Assembly (NCBI RefSeq): GCF_006345805.1 | Contig: NC_043026.1 | Location: 11,759,579 to 11,823,578 of the forward strand | DNA length: 64,000 nucleotides | Direction: 5' to 3' | DNA from: Octopus sinensis | Taxonomy: Eukaryota | Shown here: one piece after another, positions 1 to 12,050 of the stretch | Layout of the letters: the number at the start of each line of letters is the position of its first letter | Position numbering within the stretch: position 1 is the stretch's first letter | Notes under the pieces: generated by a model | Databases searched by the model: none | Seen by the model: the letters and a program-made list of their open reading frames with translations, nothing else | What the model was told of the DNA's origin: nothing | Position numbers and translations under genes: made by a program

Positions 1-483
1 GTGTGTACGTATATATATGTGTGTATGCATATGTATATATGTATGTATGTGTGTGCATCTGTATGTATGTATTCTGCATTTTCATGTGCTTGCGTGTCCG
101 TGTTTGTGTATTTTCTAAGTATGGTACATAGTTGCATAACACACACACACACACACACACAGACATGCACACACAAGGAGAGAGAGGTGCATACATATAC
201 AAACACACGTTCACCCACACCCATTTTCTATAAATAGAAAATTCACAAACACGGACATGCAAGGGATCTTTTCCTTTTGATGGCCATAATTCAACACAAT
301 TTCTAGTTAACTAAACACTTTTGAAACTTCGTATACTGGTAGAATGTGTCAAAAGAAAACATTATTTTCACTTGGCTTTTTTGATAAATTTGTAATTCGT
401 TTGTTTAACGTAGTTTAATTTTTCGAATTTTAACCAATCCTATCGCCTCTATTGAGCTGAAATCATTTGCTGTTTTATCGATA

Positions 484-981
484 TCTTTATATATAAAAGT
501 CAAGTTGTCTGTCTGTCTCCTACGATTTAGATTCCTAACTACTCCCACATTTTGCGGTGCAGTTTAACCAAAACCGGGTATCTTATAGTCGTGATTCATA
601 TCGAGCCCTTCTGGGTATTAGCGCGCGTCTACGATGAGTCTACGATTAAAAAAAAAATTTACCATCATTTTTTTTCCATTTTAATGCATTTTTCGCTATT
701 ATATAAGGGAAGTAACTCTCTAAAAATGTCTACGATGAGTCTACGATTTAAAAAAAAATTTACCATAATTTTTTTCCATTTTAATGCATTTTTTCGCTAT
801 TATATAAGGGAAGTAACTCTCTAAAAATATCTACGATGAGTCAACGATTTAAAAAAAAATTTAAAATCATTTTTTTTCCATTTTTAATGCATTTTTTGCT
901 ACATTTTGGCTATAACTCTCAAAAAATGCTTATATAGTTATTTCCCTTACAAACCCGAGCAACGCCGGGCGATACTGCTAG
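484..981 (+). mobile_element. Non-autonomous Helitron with about 3 internal ~100-bp tandem repeats
   Basis: A|TCTTTATATATAAAAG...CCCGAGCAACGCCGGG hairpin...CTAG|T. Confidence 0.85.
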
Positions 982-1208
982 TTGATAAACAAACGAGGAA
1001 AAGATCCGATGCAAGCAGATAAATATGCAGGATACATACAGATGCACACACATACATACGTACATGCATGCATGTATAGGCACACACACACACACACACA
1101 AACAAAAAAGGAACGCAGTGTAAATAACGGTCAGTCAAGACTTTAAAAGGTTGCAAGACGCAACGAAAATTTTAGGAGAATAAAATAATAAGAAGTGGAA
1201 ATTTTACC

Positions 1209-1751
1209 GGCGCAGGAGTGGCTGTGTGGTAAGTAGCTTGTTTACCAACCACATGGTTCCGGGTTCAGTCCCACTGCGTGGTACCTTGGGCAAGTGTTTT
1301 CTACTATTGCCTCGGGCCGACCAAAGCCTTGCGAGTGGATTTGGTAGACGGAAACTGAAAGATGCCCGTCGCATATATATATATATAAATATATATAGGC
1401 GCAGGAGTGGCTGTGTGGTAAGTAGCTTGTTTATCAACCACATGGTTCCGGGTTCAGTCCCACTGCGTGGTACCTTGGGCAAGTGTTTTCTACTATTGCC
1501 TCGGGCCGACCAAAGCCTTGCGAGTGGATTTGGTAGACGGAAACTGAAAGATGCCCGTCGCATATATATATATATAAATATATATAGGCGCAGGAGTGGC
1601 TGTGTGGTAAGTAGCTTGTTTACCAACCACATGGTTCCGGGTTCAGTCCCACTGCGTGGTACCTTGGACAAGTGTCTTCTACTATAGCCTCGGGCCGACC
1701 AAAGCCTTGCGAGTGGATTTGGTAGACGGAAACTGAAAGAAGCCCTTCGTA

Positions 1752-1800
<49 letters not shown>

Positions 1801-2015
1801 TTGTGCGTCTGTGTTTGTCCCCCTAGCATTGCTTGACAACCGATGCTGGTGTGTTTATGTCCCCGTTACTTAGCGGTTCAGCAAAATAGACCGATAGAAT
1901 AAGTACTGGGCTTACAAAAGAATAAGTCCCGGGGTCGAGTTGCTCGATTAAAGGCGGTGCTCCAGCATGGTCGCAGTCAAATGACTGAAACAAGTAAAAG
2001 AGTAAGGAGAGTAAA
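1209..2015 (+). mobile_element. tRNA-SINE family A with a triplicated 189-bp head
   Basis: A/B-box head GGCGCAGGAGTGGCTGTGTGG..GGTTCAGTCC, MIR/CORE-like CCTTGGGCAAGT, (TA)n linker and (AGTAAAAG)n tail; heads start at 1209, 1398 and 1587. Confidence 0.88.
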
Positions 2016-2159
2016 GTGTGTTACATTATAAGGCACAAAAAGAAAATGACTCTCCCCAGACACAACAGAATATGCTTCAATACACGAACTCATATAAAGA
2101 ATCTTGCAAACCAAATCCAAAAACGAAATACCAAATATATTTTCAGAAAAAAAAAAAAA

Positions 2160-2585
2160 GGCAATCTTTCGTCTCTAGTAGACCTTTCCGTCGATTTCCG
2201 TAAAAAAAATTTTTTTTTTTTTACATATGGGCTTGCGGTAACTTTTCAAGTAATGAGAGCGAAAGAGACTAAGAGAAAGCGATTGTATGACGAGGGAAGT
2301 TCTTTTGAAGTTACCGTGCATGGGAGCATTGATGGACATGTGTGTGTGTGTGTGTTTGATGGGGTGTGGGAGACAGACAGTATGTTGTGTAAGTGAAGTG
2401 CTTCTGTTAGTGTGTGTGAAGAGACAGAGTAATGTGTGAAAGAAAGAGATAACTGAAATTTTTTACTCGGTGTATGTGTATATGTATGTATATTACTTCA
2501 AAAGTTCCCGCAAGCCCATATGTAAAAAAAAAAAAATATTTTTTACGGAAATCGACTGAAAGGTCTACTAGAGACGAAAGATCGC
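2160..2585. mobile_element. MITE with ~95-bp TIRs (GGCAATCTTTCGTCTCTAG...)
   Basis: Long inverted termini; further copies at 23893-24316 and 45183-45607. Confidence 0.82.
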
Positions 2586-3315
2586 AAAAAAAAAAAAAAA
2601 TGCATTTTTCAAGGAGAGGTGTGAAACTGCTCGTTTTCTGCTTGAAAATTTACAGATTTTACATACAGATATGAAGCAAGTAATAACATATATGCAAGGC
2701 TTTCTTTTTTCTTTTTTCGTCTAAGTTTAAAATGCGACATTGTTTCAAACACATAAATATAAGGTTGTCCCAAAAGTTCGTAGAAAGTCTTGGAAAATAA
2801 TGGTCTTTATTTTGAGGAATAATTTTTGTTGTTTTTGTTAGTACTTGGCGAGTAAAAATTCAATTTTCGCAAGTGTTTACGAACTTTTGGGACAACCTAA
2901 TAATACATAAAAAGCAGAAGCAGACGCACAAAATATTTCTCAAACTAAATCACACAACGAACTAACAAGGCAACAACAACGGACAGTTAACAAAGTAGGT
3001 TTCATAGCAATAAATAGCAGCCAAATCACGCACATATCGGACATTCTTCATCAATAAAAGTTATGTGACAAAGGATAGATGTAAAGGCGGATTGCAGGCA
3101 GAATCGTTAGCTTAGAATATTTATCTTAACAGCAGAACATTTTAATTTACTAATATTTACGTAACAGAATTTTGTGCGCGGCATACACATTTGTGAACTA
3201 TAGCTACACCTTCACATTGTCTTAAGATTATATATAAACTACAAAATAGTAGACAATAAGCTTCTCGCTCCAGAAATATATACTTGGACATAGTTAATCA
3301 GTCCCAGAAGGTGTT

Positions 3316-3909
3316 GAGCTGGCAGAAACGTTAGCACGCCGGGCGAAATGCGTAGCCGTATTTCGTCTGCCGTTACGTTCTGAGTTCAAATTCCGCCGAG
3401 GTCGACTTTGCCTTTCATCCTTTCGGGGTCGATAAATTAAGTACCAGTTACGCACTGGGGGTCGATGTAATCGACTTAATCCATTTATCTGTCCTTGTTT
3501 GTCCCCTCTGTGTTTAGCCCCTTGTGATTATAAAGAAATAGATATTTCGTCTGCCGTTATGTTCTGGGTTCAGAATCCGCCGAGGTCAACTTTGCCTTTC
3601 ATCCTTTCGGGGTCGATAAATTAAGTACCAGTTACACACTGGGGTCGATGTAATCGACTTAATCCGTTTGTCTGTCCTTGTTTGTCCCCTCTATGTTAAG
3701 CCCCTTGTGGGTAATAAGGAAATAGATATTTCGTCTGCCGTTATGTTCTGAGTTCAGATTCCGCCGAGGTCGACTTTGCCTTTCATCCTTTCGGGGTCGA
3801 TAAATTAAGTACCAGTTACACACTGGGACCGATGTAATTGACTTAATCCGTTTGTCTGTCCTTGTTTGTCCCCTCTGTGTTTAGCCTCTTGTGGGTAGTA
3901 AAGAAATAA
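3316..3909 (+). mobile_element. tRNA-SINE family B, 3 tandem bodies
   Basis: GAGCTGGCAGAAACGTTAG head, B-box GAGTTCAAATTCC, body TTCATCCTTTCGGGGTCGATAAATTAAGTACCAG. Confidence 0.85.
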
Positions 3910-3985
3910 GAAAGAATCGATGCGTCAAAAACGGAACACATGAACAGCACTAAGAGAAGAAATATTTTCATTGTTGAATACTTAC

Positions 3986-4200
3986 GGAAATGTTTTATAA
4001 AGAATAGTGTTGTTATAACTGTACGTGCAGTAGTTGAGAAATGTACTATAACTGTATAGAATTATTGAAAAAAAATGTATTATAACAGTGTGTGTGGTGG
4101 ACGAGAAATGTTTAATAAACTGTGCACGTCACTGGATTTAAAAGGAATCGATGTCGAAGGTAAAAACGGACGCCTGTTTGAAGTCCATGCGTCTCTTTTT
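3986..4200 (-). promoter_or_regulatory. Putative non-coding first exon/promoter of a ZNF paralogue whose coding exon lies left of the window
   Basis: CATTTCC|GTAAGTAT donor at 3985; the block is paralogous to those upstream of ZNF-A to D, and intron-like paralogous sequence lies at 2930-3310. Confidence 0.55.
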
Positions 4201-4230
4201 CATGTACGATTAAACGGTAGGTTTAATGCA

Positions 4231-5572
4231 CTCTTTTACTTGTTTCAGTCATTGGACTGTGGCCATGCTGGAGCACCGCCTTTAGTCGAGCAAATCGACC
4301 CCAGGACTTATTCTATCGGTCTCTTTTACTTGTTTCAGTCATTTGACTGCGGCCATGCTGGAGCACCGCCGTTAGTCGAGCAAATCGACCCCCAGGACCT
4401 ATTCTTTGTAAGCCTAGTACTTATTTATTCTATCGGTCTCTTTTACTTGTTTCAGTCATTTGACTGTGGCCATGCTGGAGCACCGCCTTTAGTCAATCCA
4501 TCAAATCGACCCCAGGACTTATTCTTTGTAAGCCTAGTACTTATTCTATCGGTCTGTTTTGCCGAACCGCTAAGTTTACTCTTTTACTTGTTTCAGTCAT
4601 TTGACTGTGGCCATGCTGGAACACCGCCGTTAGTCGAGCAAATCGACCCCGGGACTTATTCTTTGTAAGCCTAGTACTTATTCTATCGGTCTGTTTTGCC
4701 GAACCGCTAAGTTTACTCTTTTACTTGTTTCAGTCATTTGACTGTGGCCATGCTGGAACACCGCCGTTAGTCGAGCAAATCGACCCCGGGACTTATTCTT
4801 TGTAAGCCTAGTACTTATTCTATCGGTCTCTTTTGTCGAACCGCTAAGTTTACTCTTTTACTTGTTTCAGTCATTTGACTGCGGCCATGCTGGAGCACCG
4901 CCGTTAGTCGAGCAAATCGACCCCGGGACTTATTCTTTTGTAAGCCCGGTACTTATTCTATCGGTCTCTTTTACTTGTTTCAGTCATTTGACTGCGGCCA
5001 TGCTGGAGCACCGCCGTTAGTCGAGCAAATCGACCCCAGGACCTATTCTTTGTAAGCCTAGTAATTATTCCATCGGTCTCTTTTACTTGTTTCAGTCATT
5101 TGACTGTGGCCATGCTGGAGCACCGCCGTTAGTCGAGCAAATCGACCCCAGGACCTATTCTTTGTAAGCCTAGTACTTATTCTATCGGTCTCTTTTACTT
5201 GTGTCAGTCATTTGACTGCGGCCATGCTGGAGCACCGCCTTTAGTCGAGAAAATCGACCCAGGGACCTATTCTTTGTAAGCCTAGTACTTATTCTATTGG
5301 TCTCTTTTGCCGAACCGATACTTTACGGGTACGTAAACACACCAGCATCGGTTGTCAAGCGATGTTGGGGGGACAAACACAGACATACAAACATATATAT
5401 ATATATGCATATATACGACGGGCTTCTTTCAGTTTCCGTCTACCAAATCCACTCACAAGGCTTTGGTCAGCCCGAGGCTATAGTAGAAGACACTTGCCCA
5501 AGGTACCACGCAGTGGGACTGAACCCGGAACAATGTGGTTGGTTAGCAAGCTACTTACCACACAGCTACTCC
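4231..5572 (-). mobile_element. SINE A with about 9 tandem tail modules
   Basis: Repeated CTCTTTTACTTGTTTCAGTCATTTGAC units of about 90-140 bp, then one body and head. Confidence 0.88.
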
Positions 5573-5770
5573 AAGCAAATTCTTTTTTTTCATTGCTCAC
5601 ACACAATTTACGGGAAATAACTCTTTTCAGAGCCCTTTTTCTCACAGATCATTGCAAACGGTGGTGTACCTGTTATGCAAAACCAAGCTTTGTAAGGTGT
5701 ACCAGGCTATAACTCTTTCATCCAGAAAACAGACACCTCAGAAAAATCGGTCAAGATCCTCACGGGAGAA

Positions 5771-5802
<32 letters not shown>

Positions 5803-5811
5803 CCAGCTATA

Positions 5812-5976
5812 GGCGCAGGAGTGGCTGTGTGCTAAGTAGCTTGTTTACCAACCATATGGTTCCGGGTTCAGTCCCACTACGTGGCACCTTGGGCAAGTGT
5901 CTTCTACTATAGCCCCGGGCCGCCCAAAGCCTTGTGAGTAGATTTGGTAGATGGAAACGGAAAGAAGCCCGTCGTA

Positions 5977-6029
<53 letters not shown>

Positions 6030-6121
6030 TTGTCCCCCTAGCATTGCTCGACAACCGATGCTGGTGTGTTTACGTCCCCGTCACTTAGCGGCTCGGCAAA
6101 AGAGACCGATAGAATAAGTAC
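5812..6121 (+). mobile_element. SINE A, 3'-truncated
   Basis: Family A head and linker; fused to an RTE-like element. Confidence 0.85.
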
Positions 6122-6720
6122 TGGACGGTTCAACTGGGGTCTGGGGAGCCCGAAGGCTGCACCAGGCCAGTCAGATCTGGCAGTGTTTCTACAGCTGGAT
6201 GCCCTTCCTAATGCCAACCACTCCGAGAGTGTAGTGGGTGATTTTATGTGCCACCGACACATGTGCCAGACGAGGCTGGCGAACGGCCACGCTCGGATGG
6301 TGTTTTTTATGTGCCACCGACACAGGTACCAGACGAGGCTGGCGGACGGCCACACTCGGATGGTGTTTTTTATGTGCCACCGACACAGGTGCCAGACGAA
6401 GCTGGCAGACGGCCACACTCGGATGGTGTTTTTTATGTGCCACCGACACAGGTGCCAGACGAGGCTTGCAGACGGCCACGCTCGGATGGTGTTTTTTATG
6501 TGCCACCAACACAGGTGCCAGACGAGGCTGGCGAACGGCCACGCTTGGATGGTGTTTTTATGTGCCAGACAAGGCTGGCGAACGGCCACGATCGGATGGT
6601 GTTTGTTACGTGCCCACAGCACGGAGGCCAGTCGATGTGGCACTGGCTACGTTCGGATGGTTTTCTTATGTGCCATCGGCACTGGTACCACAAAGATACA
6701 AATTCCATTGATGTTCATCT
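6122..6720 (-). mobile_element. RTE-like short retroelement (family C) with about 5.5 copies of a 63-bp internal repeat
   Basis: AGGAAGGGCATCCAGCTGTAGAAA block; 63-bp VNTR at about 6240-6600. Confidence 0.75.
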
Positions 6721-6976
6721 ATTTTGATTGACAAATAATTCCATTTCATTCACATGACCCCAAATCATGTTGTATTGTCCCCATCTGTGTAAATCCTTAT
6801 GGGTAATAAAGAAATTCGTTACCTAGGTGACAAAGTCAGTAGTTGGGGTGGATGCTCTGAAAGTGTAGCTGCTAGAATAAGAATAGCCTGGGAAAAGTTT
6901 TGAGTGTTCCTATCTCCGGCTTGCCAGTCCTCAGTCAAACAGTCCAACCCATGCCAGCAGGGAAAGCGGACATTAA

Positions 6977-7281
6977 CCCCTTACCCAACAATTATTTTGA
7001 AAATAAATGTATTTTTTCAGACCTATTTTTTAATTGTTTTATTTTACTATGTTTTGAATGGTGATGAGGTATATTTCAAACCTTATTTATTATGAATTTT
7101 AATTCAATAATATTGATTTTAAATTACCGCTTTGGGCAGAAACGAGTTAACCCGTTTTTAGACGAAGGAACTCGTTTGCTGTCGATTTTGGCGAGTCTAT
7201 CTTTTGACGAGTTAACTCGCCAGAGATGGAAAAAAACGATTTCGGTCAAAACGCATATATTCGTTTCTGCCGGGTAAGGGG
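6977..7281. mobile_element. piggyBac-type MITE inserted in the tail of an RTE-like short element
   Basis: TTAA|CCCCTTACCC...GGGTAAGGGG|TTAA. Confidence 0.85.
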
Positions 7282-7333
7282 TTAAATGATGATGATGAAA
7301 TACAAACAAAAACCAGTAAGTGTATATGTAGGC

Positions 7334-7339
7334 TTTATT
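7334..7339 (-). promoter_or_regulatory. Putative polyadenylation signal of ZNF-A
   Basis: AATAAA in a TAATAAAGCC context conserved in the paralogues. Confidence 0.45.
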
Positions 7340-7444
7340 AATTATGATTCTTCCCAAGTATGACAATATTGGTTTCAACACAATAAACAAATTTAAAATC
7401 TGGAAGAAATTGCTTTTATTAAACAAATCACAGGGGTATGTATG

Positions 7445-8211
7445 GACTTGCTTGTGTGAATTCGTGTGTGTCTAGTCAACGCAGTACAATGAGTGAACGA
7501 TTTACCACAGATATCACACTGATATGGCTTCTCTCCAGTATGAATGCGTTTGTGTACAGTTAACTCACCACTTTCAGAGAATGATTTATCACAGATGTTA
7601 CAGTGATACGGCTTCTCTCCTGTATGGACTCGCTTGTGTCTAGTTAAGTAACCACCCTGGGAGAATGATTTACCATAGATATCACAGCAATATAGCTTCT
7701 CCCCTGTATGAATACGCTTGTGACATATCAAATTAGTAGGTCCAGTGAATGATTTACCACAAATACCACAGTGATATGGCTTCTCTCCTGTATGAATTCG
7801 TGTGTGTCTAGTCAACGCAGTACAATGAGAGAATGATTTCCCACAGATATCACAGCAATACGGCTTCTCTCCTGTATGAATACGCTTGTGAGAATTTAAA
7901 GCAGTACGTTTAGAGAATGATTTACCGCAAATACTACAGTGATATGGCTTCTCTCCTGTATGTACAAGTTTATGTGTAGTTAGGGTAGATTTGTGAGAGA
8001 ATGATTTACCACAGATATTACAGCAATATGGTGTCTCTCCTGTATGAATACGTTTGTGAGAAATGAGGTAGCTACACCTGGAGAAGGAATTACCACAGAT
8101 ATCACACTGATATGGCTTCTCTCCTCTATGAATCCATTTGTGAGAAGTTAAGTAATGAAGTTGAGAGAATGATTTATCACAAATATCACAGTGATATGGT
8201 GTCTCTCCTGT
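7445..8211 (-). pseudogene. Start-less near-identical copy of ZNF-A middle fingers, inserted in the ZNF-A 3' UTR
   Basis: 7491-8211 matches 9757-10474 with only a handful of differences. There is no ATG and an upstream in-frame TAA; both flanks are 3'-UTR sequence seen uninterrupted in the paralogues. Confidence 0.85.
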
Positions 8212-8401
8212 CTCTCTTTGGGGAGGTTATCACACACTGTTGAGTCTCTTTTCCAATGTGAATACATTTATAGTTATAGATGAAGGTGTTTATTCCTGAT
8301 CTTCGTACAAAAACACATTTGATAGTAAAACATATCCCTTCATGCTTTAACAAGTAACTAAAAGAGCTTGGCATCATTAAAATTTCAACCAATGTAAAAG
8401 A

Positions 8402-8737
8402 AAACAATTGCAGCGTGGAAGGTGTTTGTAAGCCATTTAAGAAACACACAAAAACCGTTCGATTCACTTCAACATTTAAGTTTAATTTGTCAAAATATTT
8501 TCATCGCTTTAAGACCGCGACCTTCTCACTGACAAAAATCCGTGCTGCATTTTGTCAGTGAACAGGTCGTGGTCTTAAAGCGATGAAAATATTTTGACAA
8601 ATTAAACTTAAATGTTGAAGGGAATTGAACGGCTTTTGTGTGTTTCTTAAATGGCTTACAAACACCTTCCACGCTGCAATTGTTTTCGTTTCAGCACACG
8701 ATCTCAGATCAAATCACTTGCCATGCAAGTACATCTC

Positions 8738-8789
<52 letters not shown>

Positions 8790-8987
8790 GCAGCACGGAT
8801 TTTTGTCAGTGAAGAGGTCGCGGTCTTAAAGCGACGAAAATATGTTGACAAATTAAACTTAAATGTTGAAGGGAATTGAACGGCTTTTGTGTGTTTCTTA
8901 AATGGCTTACAAACACCTTCCACACTGTGATTGTTTTCGTTTCAGCACACGATCTCAGATCAAATCACTTGCTATGCAAGTACATCT
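8402..8987 (+). mobile_element. Insertion of the same HHR-bearing unit (1 inverted + 2 direct copies), Penelope-like
   Basis: 13-bp TSD CCAATGTAAAAGA (8389-8401 and 8988-9000). The paralogous 3' UTRs have the empty site, and the 5' part is inverted. Confidence 0.85.
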
Positions 8988-9460
8988 CCAATGTAAAAGA
9001 CTACCTCAGAAAGGCAGCTATGATGAGTAGCTTGGCTGATGTCATGGGTAAAGTTCACAAAGGTAAGCCCACATTGTTTCAGGAGGAACTTAAAATGTTT
9101 GAAGTTCTTAGGAAATTTCCCATTGATACACTTAGACTTCTGCAGGGATACAAACATGTCCAGTTAAGCTACAACTTTGAGAGAATGATTTACCACAAAT
9201 GTCCCAGTGAAGTGGCTTCTATCCTCTATGAATACATTATATATTTTTAAATTCCTACTTCTGGAGAATGTCTTTCTGCAAATATCATGTTTATATGGTT
9301 TCTCTCCTGTATGAATATATTTGTGCTTAGGCAAAGAATCAAAATGGGAGAATGATTTAACAGATATCACACTGGTATGTCTCTTCTCTTATATGTTTGC
9401 GTTTGTTAGGAGAATATTCTCAGTAAATAATTTACCATACACATAATGGTAATGTGGCTT

Positions 9461-10738
9461 CTACACGGTATGAGTCCGTTTGTGTCTTCTTAACTTACTA
9501 CTTTCACAGAATGATTTACCACAAATATCACAACAATAAGGTTTCTCTCCCGTGTGAATACGTTTATGTATTGTTAACGAACTGCTGACAGAGAATGATT
9601 TGCTGCAGATATCACATTCATATGGCTTCTCCCCGGTATGAACACGTTTGTGAGAAATGAGATAACTACATCCAATGAAGGACTCACCACAGATATCACA
9701 CTGATATGGCTTCTCTCCTGTATGAATCCGTTTGTGAATGGTTAAGGAAGTATTTCGAGTGAACGATTTACCACAGATATCACACTGATATGGTTTCTCT
9801 CCTGTATGAATGCGTTTGTGTACAGTTAACTCACCACTTTCAGAGAATGATTTATCACAGATGTTACAGTGATACGGCTTCTCTCCTGTATGGACTCGCT
9901 TGTGTCTAGTTAAGTAACCACCTTGGGAGAATGATTTACCACAGATATCACAGCAATATAGCTTCTCCCCTGTATGAATACGCTTGTGACATATCAAATT
10001 AGTAGGTCCAGTGAATGATTTACCACAGATATCACAGTGATATGGCTTCTCTCCTGTATGAATTCGTGTGTGTCTAGTCAACGCAGTACAATGAGAGAAT
10101 GATTTCCCACAGATATCACAATACGGCTTCTCTCCTGTATGAATACGCTTGTGAGAATTTAAAGCAGTACGTTTAGAGAATGATTTACCGCAAATACTAC
10201 AGTGATATGGCTTCTCTCCTGTATGTACAAGTTTATGTGTAGTTAGGGTAGATTTGTGAGAGAATGATTTACCACAGATATTACAGCAATATGGTGTCTC
10301 TCCTGTATGAATACGTTTGTGAGAAATGAGGTAGCTACACCTGGAGAAGGAATTACCACAGATATCACACTGATATGGCTTCTCTCCTCTATGAATCCAT
10401 TTGTGAGAAGTTAAGTAATGAAGTTGAGAGAATGATTTATCACAAATATCACAGTGATATGGTGTCTCTTCTGTATGAATACGTTTGTGTTTAGTGAGCG
10501 TAGATTTCTGAGAGAATGATTTATCACAGATATCACAGTTATATGGTTTCTCTCCTGTATGAATACGTTTGTGTGTAGTTAGGTTTCCATTCTGAGAATA
10601 TGATGCACCACAGATATCACAGCGATATGGTTTCTCTCCTGTATGAATACGCTTATGTTGAATTAGGTTACCATTCTGGGAGAATGACTTTTTACAGATA
10701 GTACAGTCATATAATGGTTTTGTTGTATCTTTAGGCAT
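9461..10738 (-). CDS. C2H2 zinc-finger protein ZNF-A, 425 aa, 15 tandem fingers, single coding exon
   Basis: Uninterrupted ORF of C-x2-C-x12-H-x3-H repeats joined by TGEKPY linkers. The start context CTGAAGAC-ATG is conserved in all five paralogues. Confidence 0.93.
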   Translation of the reverse strand: MPKDTTKPLYDCTICKKSFSQNGNLIQHKRIHTGEKPYRCDICGASYSQNGNLTTHKRIHTGEKPYNCDICDKSFSQKSTLTKHKRIHTEETPYHCDICDKSFSQLHYLTSHKWIHRGEKPYQCDICGNSFSRCSYLISHKRIHTGETPYCCNICGKSFSHKSTLTTHKLVHTGEKPYHCSICGKSFSKRTALNSHKRIHTGEKPYCDICGKSFSHCTALTRHTRIHTGEKPYHCDICGKSFTGPTNLICHKRIHTGEKLYCCDICGKSFSQGGYLTRHKRVHTGEKPYHCNICDKSFSESGELTVHKRIHTGEKPYQCDICGKSFTRNTSLTIHKRIHTGEKPYQCDICGESFIGCSYLISHKRVHTGEKPYECDICSKSFSVSSSLTIHKRIHTGEKPYCCDICGKSFCESSKLRRHKRTHTV

Positions 10739-10765
10739 GTCTTCAGAAAAAAATCAGTTCTTTAA

Positions 10766-10986
10766 CCCTTTAGTGTTCCGATTACTCTGTTAAATGTAAT
10801 ACTTTTTCACTCAAATTGTTTTGAATTAATCCTGGATCATCTTACAGCTTTGAGGTTTCAATGATGTGATTACTTATTTTTAGAATGGCATTGTAGGTTA
10901 GGTGTGAGAGGCTAGACATCGCCAGTTTGAATATAAAACATGTAGAATATATTGGGCCGGATTTGGCCAGTTTAAACACTAAAGGG
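10766..10986. mobile_element. piggyBac-type MITE in the ZNF-A 5' UTR
   Basis: TTAA|CCCTTTAGTGTT...AACACTAAAGGG|TTAA. Confidence 0.9.
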
Positions 10987-11649
10987 TTAAGTTTCTGTAA
11001 TATTTTTCTTCTCAAAATAAAATACGTCTATATTTCAATATATTTGTTGTCTATTCTTTAACAATGTTCTTAGCTGCTGTATTTCAGTCCAATGTTACTT
11101 TTATCTCACTCTTATGAAAATTTATCCAAGTTCAATTAGAACACAAAACTCATTTGGTATACACTCCAGATCATGATGCAGAAATTTTGCTAATAATCTC
11201 AATTCAGAGTAAAATGTCATTGGAATTTAACAATAAAATTATAGAAACAGTGCTAGATATCTCCTCCATATAGCATTTTCATTCAGTCTTTAAAAGATGG
11301 AAAGTTTTGAAGGTGCATTTTCTGTTATGCCAATGTCATCTCTTATTCTGAAATAATGAAGAAACATCAGATTAAAATATATATACTACTTAAGAAATAG
11401 ATTCAACAGTGGGAAAATTTATAACATTTCTACAGAGATTAATTGCAGAAACACATTTATCTTAACAGCAGAACATTTTAATTTACTAATATTTACGTAA
11501 CAGAATTCTGTACAAAGCATACAGATTTGTGAACTATAGCTACACCTTCACATTGTCTTAAGATTATTTATAAACTACAAAATAGTAGACAATAAGCCTC
11601 TCGCTCCAGAAATATACTTGGACATAGTTAATCAGCCCCAGAAGGTGTT

Positions 11650-12050
11650 GAGCTGGCAGAAACGTTAGCACGCCGGGTGAAATGCTTAGCCATATTTCAT
11701 CTGCTGTTACGTTCTGAGTTCAAATTCCGCTGAGGTCGACTTTGCCTTTCATCCTTTCAGGGTCGATTAATTAAGTACCAGTTACACATTGAGGTCGATG
11801 TAATTGACTTAATCCGTTTATCTGTCCTTGTTTGTCCCCTCTGTGTTTAGCCCCTTGTGGGTAGTAAAGAAATAGGTATTTCGTCTGCCATTACGTTCTG
11901 AGTTCAAATTCCGCTGAGGTCAACTTTGTCTTTCATCCTTTCAGGGTCGATAAATTAAGTACCAGTTACGCATTAATCGACTTAATCCGTCTGTCTGTCC
12001 GTGTTTGTCTCCTCTGTGTTTAGCCCCTTGTGGGTAATAAAGAAATAGGT
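11650..12050 (+). mobile_element. SINE B, 2 bodies (same ancestral insertion as 3316)
   Basis: Identical left flank CCCAGAAGGTGTT in the paralogous intron. Confidence 0.85.

Noticed and set aside
700-830. GGGAAGTAACTCTC in the Helitron repeat resembling the ZNF upstream motif
   Set aside because: Only a short partial match with unrelated flanks; insufficient to claim a Helitron origin of the motif.
1204-1839. Recurring ORFs RRASFSFRLPNPL.. / MVPGSVPLRG.. seen many times in the track
   Set aside because: These are translations of SINE family A on either strand, with no coding signature.
6038-6731. Five overlapping 117-221-aa ORFs with 21-aa repeats
   Set aside because: They are a by-product of a stop-free 63-bp VNTR in a retroelement, open in several frames at once.
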